Assembly: GCA_051453625.1 (NCBI GenBank)
Contig: JBOZIK010000001.1
Span: 13,321,235 to 13,360,200, forward strand
Direction of reading: 5' to 3'
Length of the DNA stretch: 38,966 bases
Source: Welwitschia mirabilis
Taxonomy: Eukaryota
The notes beneath the pieces were generated by a model. That model was not told where the DNA came from. It saw nothing but the letters and a program-made list of their open reading frames with translations, and made no database searches. The translations under genes were made by a program, and so were the position numbers. Below are positions 1-8,903 of this stretch, piece by piece. Every line of letters starts with the position of its first letter. Position 1 is the stretch's first letter.

Positions 1-140
1 GGGAGAGGGGGCGGGTTTGAGAACTTTTGTGGGGAAGGGAGGGTTGAGAACTTTGGGTGGAGTTTAAGGGATTCTATTGTGGGGTAGGGGGTCGGGGGTG
101 GGGTGGGGTTCAAAACTCTTAAGGGAGGTGGTTGGGAACT
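1..140 (+). repeat. G-rich low-complexity tract with G-quadruplex-forming motif and short GGGTT(T)GAGAACTT repeats
   Basis: G-runs at 81-84, 87-91, 94-98, 100-103 and 105-108 (GGGGTAGGGGGTCGGGGGTGGGGTGGGG); GGGTT(T)GAGAACTT-like unit near 13, 41, 106 and 129. Confidence 0.75.
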
Positions 141-539
141 TGAAAATTTACTCTTGCTAGGGGGTAGAGTCAAGAACATAGAGAAAGAGAGATAGAAAGA
201 CATCAAATGATTTAAAAAGTTACCCTAGCTATTTATATTAGTAAAGAGAAATTTCCGAAAAAAGAAAAATCCGCAGAGTATGTATTTTTAGAGATGGACA
301 AAGTAAGATTTTCCATTAAATCACAATACACAACACTATATAAAATGCATCATATGTTTGAAATTTTTCTGGAATTAAGTCTACAAGTATAGGGCATCAC
401 AACATTGGCCCATAGAATAATTTCTTTCAGTCAATTATACAAAACATTATGCTTACAACATTTGATATTACAAGGCCTCAAAAATTAAGGGAGAAGACAA
501 CAATTTCTTGTCCAAATTTTTACCACCACCACTTGACGG

Positions 540-1567
540 CCAAATTTCTATATAGCTCCTATATTTGTGACAAAAGTGATATGGATGAGAACTATTAAAA
601 ACACAGTTCTTAGGATGACCTAGGTGAGGGAAGAGGATTTCAACAAGGCCTAGAAGTATTTAAAACTAAACAAAAGGAGGAAAACCTAAAATTGCAGAAT
701 GAGAAGGCGATCATTTTGATTACCTTAAATTTATGTTTAATAAATTCACAGTTATAGCAACAAAGATTTGCCCTAACTAAGAGGGACTTCATTCATTTTT
801 ATGCATTTTCCCCTACTCTCCTGGTACTTCACTTCCATGGCCATGGAAGCCTAACAAAGGGTTCCCCTTTGAAGTTCACATCATCTGGTTACTCTGGCCA
901 AATTTTTAATTTTACTATTTAACAAGTAGAGCACAAACCTCAGCTTTACTTTAGGGCCTAAGGAAAATTGGCCTAAATTTTTTAGTTTTGGAAATCAATA
1001 ATTAAAAATTGAGAAGACAAGAAGTTTCAGAAATAACAATAAGTTGAAAACAAGAAAAAATTGAAGAAAATAACTCGAAATTTTGGAAGAATAGAACATT
1101 TCAGCATTGCAAAGAGGACTAACCACCACTTAAAAAGCAAAAGGAGCCTGAACGATACCTAAGAGGCAGAAAAAGTGCAGATTTTGAAGTCTTCTCTTTG
1201 AGTTGCAGGGTCAAAAAGTTGAAAATCTTGAGAAGAAATGAAAAAGAGATAAAGCCTTCAAGTTTCATCCTATGTATAGAAAGAGTTGATGAGGTGTCAA
1301 CTTTTCAAGTAATCACTTGGCTTTTTTCTAAACCCCCTGTTTCACACTTGGCCTTTTGAGAAAAATAATTTAAAAAAAATTTCTTTCAACAGAAAAGCAA
1401 GGAATGATTTTAACTAAGCACTTAAAGATTTAGCAACTTTAAAATAAATAATCTTTTCTAGAAATTAACCATCTATCTTATTATTTAATAACCTTAAAAC
1501 TCTTTTTTTGTGCAATTAATTTGTATTAAAATAATTCTTTCTTGGTAGTGAGAATGTGGACGTGATA
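540..1567 (-). mobile_element. 3' LTR (partial, left boundary uncertain) of a Tekay/Del-type Ty3/gypsy chromovirus
   Basis: On the minus strand it begins TATCACG (decayed TGTCACG) directly after the PPT; TATA-like CTATACATAGG at ~1269-1279 (minus). The left end is not identifiable. Confidence 0.45.
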
Positions 1568-1583
1568 ATTCTTTCCTCCTTAA
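1568..1583 (-). other. Polypurine tract of the Tekay/Del element
   Basis: Minus strand ...GAGGAAACTTCTTAAGGAGGAAAGAAT|TATCACG, the typical Del/Tekay 3' UTR-PPT-LTR arrangement just after the chromodomain. Confidence 0.75.
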
Positions 1584-1624
1584 GAAGTTTCCTCTTGGAA
1601 ACTTGCAAAAAGTTATAAGTTTCT

Positions 1625-2049
1625 ATTGTAAAATTTCTATTTTAGATTTCCAAGTTGCTTTTGTTTTAATTTAACATACCCATTGCAGTTTATGTAGCTA
1701 AATTTTCCTCCCTCTGAGTTCAACTTACTTTTTCTCTAGAATTCTAATTGGTTGAGACTCAAATGTATAATCAAGCTGAATATTTAATTCTTACATAGGA
1801 ATTATTTTTGTTACATCAGACTTATAGTTCCTTAATAATGAAATATGAAAGACATTATGAAGTGCTGATAATTATAGTGCTAAAGCTAGCTTATAAGCCA
1901 TAAGATCAACCTTTCTTATTATTTGAAATGGTCTTATAAATCTTTGTGCTAACTTACCCTTCTTGCCAAAATGTAATATGCCTTTAAAAGGAGATATCTT
2001 GAGGAAAACATGATCTCCTTCTTGAAATTCCATATGCCTTCTCTTCTTG
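1625..2049 (-). pseudogene. Degenerate Tekay/Del integrase C-terminus (GPY/F domain plus chromodomain)
   Basis: Manual translation KRRHMEFQEGDHVFLKISPFKGILHFGKKGKLAQRFIRPFQIIRKVDLMAYKLAL..LSALHNVFHISLLRNY...QPIRILEK..ELRGRKI...KLQW...ATW, with in-frame stops. Confidence 0.9.
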
Positions 2050-2345
2050 CACTACAAGAAATATAGGCCTTTTAAAATGCCTTAAAAGCTTTTATGGCGT
2101 TTCTTCACAAAACACCTTAAAAAGCATTACCTTAAAAGCCTACATCCTTTTAAGGCATTTCTAAGGCATTTAATAAAAAAGCCTTAAAATGTCTTTTAAG
2201 GAGTTTTCCCAAGAAATGCCTTAAAAGGCTTTTGAGGCCTTTTTTTTGTTGTGTAAGAAATGCTTCGAAAGGATTTGAGGCCTTTTTTTTTAGAAATACC
2301 TCAAAAGGCTTTTGAGGCATTTTACTAAATAAACGCCTCCAAAGG
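2050..2345 (+). mobile_element. CACTA (En/Spm) transposon terminus with subterminal repeats
   Basis: CACTACAAGAAA TIR at 2050-2061 exactly where the integrase frame breaks, followed by ~290 bp of quasi-palindromic GCCTTAAAAGGC/GCCTCAAAAGGCTTTTGAGGC repeats. No matching second end found. Confidence 0.8.
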
Positions 2346-4783
2346 TACAAATTTGAGAATTACCACACAGAAGTAATAGAATGAAACAGAATCCAATAAG
2401 ATGATGGTTTTTTGTGGAAAGTCGAGTAGCTCTACCCGTAATAGAATAGGTTATTAACTTAATGTGTGAATACAATTACTATAAGGTAATTTTGAAAAGA
2501 GAAGGAGAAATGGAAAATAGGCTTGACTAAAACATCAAATGCCAAGAAAATAATAATTTCTCTTAATGATAAGAACTCAACTGTATTACTAATCATTACT
2601 ACCTAATGAAATAAGTGTACATAACAACAATTGTAACTTGTATATTCAATGTGTAATACTCACTAACTTCTTTTTACTATAACATTTTTGAAGTGGGATT
2701 CTAACTAGTCATACAATACAAGCAATAAAATACTTTAAAAAGCTTTAAATAATATTTAACAACCCTCTAACAAGCACACAAGCAAAAACTTATCAACATG
2801 ATTCAAGCATGATATTCTCTCATCTTTAAAGAATCACTTTTTCTAGTCAGTTTAAAAGGAAATTTTCCAACTATACATAAAGCCTCTGTACAAGACATAG
2901 AATCCCCAAGAGATGACCTAAAAGATTCAATATTGAAAGGAAATTACAATACTTGTTAAAACATCTCCTATCCTTGTGGCTTTACTGCTCCCCAACTGAA
3001 TTTGAAACCCACTACACAAGTTTAAATCTATAATTATCCAATATTCTCATGTGATTTTTCCTTCATTCAAACCATAAGACTAAATCCACTGCTATTCATC
3101 ATAAACATTTATAACTACCTCAAAAACTATACTACCATACAAATGGAATTCCATTTGGAAGCATGCAATCAATTCTACACTCCTACAACATATTAAATAA
3201 TAGAAATGTACCATATACTACTATGATTTGGAAGAGAGAAAATAGACTATTCAAGAAACATCCAAGATCAAACATACAAAACCAACCATAATATCCAAAG
3301 TGGCCCATACAAAACACAACCACCTTCATGAAGAAGCAAAACAACAATGAAACCATTCCTCTAAAATTAAAAATGAAATACCTAACTACATCCTATTAAA
3401 CTACTCTTAAAAGAACCTAAAGACAATAGAAAGTCCAATAGAAAAATCAAGAAACATCCTATTTCAAGATAAAAACAAATGACAAGGAAAAACAAAAATC
3501 GTGAAAATATTCTAAAAACTAAACTTAGAAAGATAAATTTAGAACATCAATATGTCACTTTTATTTGTGTAAGAAAACTTGAATTGTGCTTTTAAATACC
3601 TAATAGTGGAGGTTTCTAGCATCGTTTCACTATAATCTCCAAGTAGGCTTTGAGAAAGTAGTCATAATATCTTGAGTTCATTATGTCAAATAAGGCCTCA
3701 ACATAAGACTCTTAATAAAGAACTACATGTTCATTTCAACATAGAATTCAACATTCTTGAAATGCACTTATCTTTCACCATGTCCTAAGCACCTTCCTGT
3801 GCGATTAAATGCAAGCCTTTCACAATGGTATTAGATTTTGATTAGAAGATTGATGCCATAATGTGAAATACAGCATTTTTTCCATGTTTCATGATTAATG
3901 TTTCCCTACTTGTTTTCTTAGAATCCTTTTGTCAAAAATAGCTGAGTTGAATTCAAGGATAACATACCTAGTAGAAAAAGCAAATAGAATGACTCATTAG
4001 ACTGCGTAACTGTAGATGTTGTGAGCATGGTAAAATATGAGATGTTCATAGGAAAATGAAAGAATGATTTCAAATTTAGTTTTAATAGAAACCAAATAAA
4101 GCATGACCATGCTTAACTACAAAAATAAAAATGCTAAAATGATACTAGTCATAATCAGACTAATAGTGGCAACTACTGAAAATCTTGACCTGGGAAATGT
4201 AGTAACAGTATGATCCTAGTTTATGTCTAAAGTATATAAAATAATAGCTTCTGCTTGCACAAACTAGTAAAATGATTTAGTTTGAACTAAAGGCCAAAAT
4301 AACTCGAAACTAATAGTTGAAATTTGTATAACTAAAAACAAAAGTTTGATTTTAAGAAGTACATTCTTAATACATAAACAAATTATTAAAACCCTAGGGG
4401 CTTGAGAAAATTAACTGCATAATGAAATTATTAGAAGCTGTAATACTTAGTTATATAAATTTGATTTTATAAGGGTTAGTTTTGTATTTTCTAAGTTGAA
4501 AATTTAGACATGAAATATAAGGCTATTTTTGAAATAGCCAAGTTTGTAAAGTCCATTTCATAGGTCAAACTATTAATTTAGTTGCTATAGTCAAGTGGAG
4601 CATGTCAGATTCTGTCTTGACTTTAAAATTAGAGGTCATTTGCTGAATTTTACAAAGCAGTGAAGAAGGTATGCTCAAATTAGTTAAGGCATCTTTTTAT
4701 GTAGCTTTTGAAAATAGAATCTTGTAATAATTAGTTCTTAAGTTAGAACATTATGAAATGTCTAATATATATTTTCTAAGTTT

Positions 4784-4872
4784 NNNNNNNNNNNNNNNNN
4801 NNNNNNNNNNNNNNNNNNNNNNNNNNNNNNNNNNNNNNNNNNNNNNNNNNNNNNNNNNNNNNNNNNNNNNNN
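4784..4872. other. Assembly gap (N run)
   Basis: Run of N. Confidence 0.99.
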
Positions 4873-5520
4873 ACTTTTCTAGAGGATATTTTGCTTTCAA
4901 TCTCTCTTCCTATTTCCATTGTTATGGTGTTTGTAAGTGAAGCATTGATCTTGGTGCTTTTATCGTGTTAGCTCTGCATGACCCTGAGGGTGATAAGTGA
5001 GAGGACGTCTTACAAAGAAGGGTCATCTAGATGGACAATTGTTTGCACAGAGATGGTAAAAAAAATCAAGAGAGATTCTCAGCATTTTGGTAAACTCTCA
5101 TGAGGACCTCGAATCTCCATTTCCCTCTTCTCTTTGACATAGAGAGAAACAATTAACTTCCTTTTTCAACTACCAAGTGGATCAATGACATGCTTTCATA
5201 AAAACCATCCATTGTGACCTAGCTGAATTTTTGATCCATCAAGAACTAGAAGATAGTTTCTGACTACTTTTAGTTTGGCCAAATCAAAGATACTCTTAAC
5301 TTTAGATAACAATTGAATTAACCATAAATGAAGAATTTGGGACCTCTAAGATTTGTAGGACTCTCGTCAAGAAAATATATTTCCCTCTGATGTAGGAAAA
5401 TTTAGCATTAGGAAAAATGAATAGTCCAAGTTTTAGACTATGCAATAGAAATCTTGATACTAAATCATATTGGGAAAGAAAAGATAACATCACGAAAAAG
5501 AAGAGACTTTGAAAAGCAAA

Positions 5521-6276
5521 NNNNNNNNNNNNNNNNNNNNNNNNNNNNNNNNNNNNNNNNNNNNNNNNNNNNNNNNNNNNNNNNNNNNNNNNNNNNNNNN
5601 NNNNNNNNNNNNNNNNNNNNNNNNNNNNNNNNNNNNNNNNNNNNNNNNNNNNNNNNNNNNNNNNNNNNNNNNNNNNNNNNNNNNNNNNNNNNNNNNNNNN
5701 NNNNNNNNNNNNNNNNNNNNNNNNNNNNNNNNNNNNNNNNNNNNNNNNNNNNNNNNNNNNNNNNNNNNNNNNNNNNNNNNNNNNNNNNNNNNNNNNNNNN
5801 NNNNNNNNNNNNNNNNNNNNNNNNNNNNNNNNNNNNNNNNNNNNNNNNNNNNNNNNNNNNNNNNNNNNNNNNNNNNNNNNNNNNNNNNNNNNNNNNNNNN
5901 NNNNNNNNNNNNNNNNNNNNNNNNNNNNNNNNNNNNNNNNNNNNNNNNNNNNNNNNNNNNNNNNNNNNNNNNNNNNNNNNNNNNNNNNNNNNNNNNNNNN
6001 NNNNNNNNNNNNNNNNNNNNNNNNNNNNNNNNNNNNNNNNNNNNNNNNNNNNNNNNNNNNNNNNNNNNNNNNNNNNNNNNNNNNNNNNNNNNNNNNNNNN
6101 NNNNNNNNNNNNNNNNNNNNNNNNNNNNNNNNNNNNNNNNNNNNNNNNNNNNNNNNNNNNNNNNNNNNNNNNNNNNNNNNNNNNNNNNNNNNNNNNNNNN
6201 NNNNNNNNNNNNNNNNNNNNNNNNNNNNNNNNNNNNNNNNNNNNNNNNNNNNNNNNNNNNNNNNNNNNNNNNNNNN
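5521..6276. other. Assembly gap (N run)
   Basis: Run of N. Confidence 0.99.
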
Positions 6277-6793
6277 CCTTGACATGTAGGATGATGAATG
6301 CAATGCTTAATCCATTATTCCCTTGGTTATTTCCATGATAGATAGGATAACACTTGTAACTGTCACCTGATCTTTGTTCAATTCATCCATATCTTTCTTG
6401 TAATTAAGTGCATTTTGTAGTTCCTTTTGTGTGATGATTTCTCTTCTTAGTCCTATAAATAAGGACCCCCTTTGACTCCCCTCTCCATCTTTGATGCATA
6501 AAACAATCTTGTGATAGGAGATCAAAGGATGAGAGATCCATCTTGTGAGTTACAAAAAGACGTTTCCTTGATGAAGGGTTGTACATCCTCCATTGAGTCC
6601 CGACTGTTTTGTAACCCAGATGCTAGTTCTATCTTAATACAAAACTCTATTTTCATTATGCATTTAATTGTTTTATATTTCCCTTCTGGTTTATGTTATC
6701 CTTGATCTAGTAACAGTTTCATTAATGATATAGGACTTAAGAGCAATCTTTGTTAAGGTTGAAGAAAGTAGTTTTAGATTTAGTCGCATTTGC
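6277..6793 (+). mobile_element. Truncated LTR of the Athila-type family at 18054/25261
   Basis: Colinear with ~18418-18945 and ~25475-26013 (CCTATAAATAA TATA box, GAGATCCATC, CATCCTCCATTGAG). Its 5' part is in the gap and it breaks off at ...GCATTTGC (~6793) before the normal ACAACA end. Confidence 0.9.
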
Positions 6794-6794
6794 T

Positions 6795-7760
6795 AGCTTG
6801 TTGGGGTCTTTATCTTCTGATATATTCATCAACATTTTAATGTATGATCTTGATTTCTTCTTTGCTTTTGAAGCATATTTTACAATATCTAATAAAACAA
6901 CACATATACCTAAGCATGAGTTGAAAGTTCATATTTGCTTTGCATGTCCATAAAATCATTCTATTAAGAACATTGAACTCATCATCATTTCCTGTAGGAT
7001 TATATATTTTTTTGTTGTTTTCTTATTACATAAGTTTAATTTATAAGGTTATGACTTTTATGATATTTAACCCTAAATTAATAAAACATTAGCATGTATT
7101 ATATGGAGATATTTTTTATCTTAAAATAATAATATTATGTTAGTATTATTAGAGTTCTCTATCATTTCATCTTCTCAAGGATGCTTCTGGCTTACAAACT
7201 ATGTCTCTTTTTATACTATTTAATAGAGTTATATAACTTAACCTAGAGCTATATGTTCTAGATCCTCCTTTTGTAAGCAACATAGATGAAGATTCATGTA
7301 TGCCTTTGATTGTACAAATAAAAAGTTATTAAAGTGAAAAAATGCATAATCAATAGCTAAATACCTAATAAAGAATATATAGCTTTTACATATGTTTTTG
7401 GGTCTACCATGCTCATGAAATTTACTATTCCTTGCATTTGTGATGGAATCAAAAATTTCTTTGTGTTTTCCACTACTAAATCATCATGTTAATCAAGTTA
7501 TTTCATGTTTGTTGATTGTTTTATCCAAAAAACTTTGTGTACATGTGAAGGGAATTTGTTTTACCACTTAAATCTTGTTAAGTAGTTAGCAACATTGGAT
7601 TTCTTAATGATAATAACTTTTTTAAGTTTTCTTTATGGCAATCATATAAGTACTCTAGAATAATTTGTGTTTTGTCAATGATACTTTGCATTCTCCATCT
7701 GATAACTCTATCTCGATGTGGTGATTGTTTATTGGGTATGATTTTAGTAAAAATAGGGAT
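6795..7760 (-). pseudogene. Degenerate HUH-endonuclease (Rep) domain of a Helitron2/Helentron (HLE2)-type rolling-circle transposon
   Basis: Ordered motifs on the minus strand: WRMQSIID; RFKW*NKFPSHVHKVFW (HUH at 7537-7545, cf. RxEWQxRGSPHVHGxxW); LLNSIKRDIVC..SLR (cf. LLNxVQRHTxC..CLR); YNPTGNDDEFNVLNRMILWTCKANMNFQ (cf. RND..N..N..IL..WRANxDxQ); VKYASKA (6863-6883, cf. YxxKYASKAE). Contains stops and frameshifts. Confidence 0.8.
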
Positions 7761-8393
7761 TGGCTCTTTACATGAATTTTCTATAACTTAAATCATGTTA
7801 TTAGGGATTGGTCTTCTAACAAGAAGAAACAATAAAATATTAAAAAATTATTAAATAGTAAAAAAAAGAATAAAAGAGAAAAATAACATGACAGACTAGA
7901 AGAAAACAAATTTCAATTTCTTAGTGTTTTATCTGTTTTCTAAATTATAGTTTCTTCAAATGTTGCAAGTAACAAATAGGGAAATAAAACATTTAATGAT
8001 GAATATGGTAAATATACCATGTAATGGAGAATAAAGTAGAAAGGATAAAACTGATATGGCTCAAGAGCTTAAAGAAATATGAAGAGGTGATAGAAGAAAT
8101 GCTCTAAGGATGGTGAAATACATTAGTTGGATCGATATGAATTTTTGCCTTTACAAGTCTCATATATTTTTCCTCACCAAAATATTTCACTTCTCACCTT
8201 TCATTCTCTTCCACCAACGCAGTCCCGGGCCATCACCTAAATCTAAATCCAAGTGCTTAATTTTGCAAGCCATTATAATGCCTCATATCTTGATAACTCT
8301 GCCATGGAGAGCCCAAAAGAAATTTTTGCCCCTTGCTTTGTTGTCAAGAAATCTCCCTTGGTGTTAATGAGTAGTATGTCATACATCCTAGTT

Positions 8394-8466
8394 GCTAATG
8401 ATACCACTTAGACAATGGCCAATTGGAAAGCCATGTACATTACTAACGTTGGTGATGGTGGATATT
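8394..8466 (-). mobile_element. Putative tRNA-iMet PBS and LTR 3' end of an older minus-strand LTR element, interrupted by the copia at 8467
   Basis: Plus-strand GCTAATGATACCA (8394-8406) reads TGGTATCATTAGC on minus, similar to TGGTATCAGAGC; LTR edge at ~8409. Confidence 0.4.
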
Positions 8467-8825
8467 CATTGAAGAATAATTCAAAGTCTAACTTGTTTTA
8501 AGGACTATTAATAGAATCCTCTCTTTACGTTTAATTAGCCATTAGTGGGTCAGTTACTAAAAAGAAGAAAAACTATTATTGAGTTAGTAGAGTTAGTGGG
8601 TTAGTTACTAAAAAGAAGGAAAAATATTATTGAGTTAGTATATTTAGTGGGTTAATTACTAAAAAAAGGAAAACTATTATTGAATTAGTAGAGTTAGTGG
8701 GTTAGTTACTAAAAATAAGAAGAATTGTTATTTCCTTTATATGCCTATAGAAGGCTCTCTAGTTGCATCAAATAATATAACTTCCTTTAGAGCATCCTTT
8801 TTTTTTCACTCTCTTATTTTTAAAA
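8467..8825 (+). repeat. 5' LTR of Ivana-like copia
   Basis: CATTGAAGAATAATTCAAAG...TTATTTTTAAAA aligns to 12715-13032 (TGTTGAAG...TTTTAACA); about 12% mismatch over the first ~125 bp by eye. Confidence 0.9.
8542..8732 (+). repeat. ~51-bp tandem repeat in U3 of the 5' LTR (~3.8 copies)
   Basis: Unit TTAGTGGGTCAGTTACTAAAAAGAAGGAAAACTATTATTGAGTTAGTAGAG starting at 8542, 8593, 8644 and ~8694. Confidence 0.9.
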
Positions 8826-8827
8826 TT

Positions 8828-8839
8828 TGATATCACAAT
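8828..8839 (+). other. Decayed tRNA-iMet primer-binding site
   Basis: TGATATCACAAT two bases after the LTR, vs consensus TGGTATCAGAGC. Confidence 0.65.
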
Positions 8840-8903
8840 AGGCTTGAGAGAGTGAGTAAAGTGTAAACACATGAGTTAAGTAATACACTAGAGAGGAAAT
8901 CCA

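Noticed and set aside
1538-1550. TTTCTTGGTAGTG as a second CACTA terminus
   Set aside because: It faces away from the 2050 TIR, has no subterminal repeats, and lies 17 bp inside the putative LTR; probably coincidental.
3553-5014. Possible LTR from TGTCAC (3553) to GTCTTACA (5014)
   Set aside because: No TSD, PBS, PPT or second copy, and it spans a gap.
5015-5520. Possible continuation of RepHel (PIF1 helicase) or a LINE/viral ORF
   Set aside because: No recognisable motif in the frames I read.
6307-6705. Similar short peptides here and at 25388-25903 suggesting a small gene family
   Set aside because: They are chance ORFs within homologous LTR copies and are not kept open in the 18054 copy.
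8542-8732. 51-bp array as CRISPR or independent satellite
   Set aside because: Head-to-tail units with no unique spacers, present in both LTRs of one copia element.
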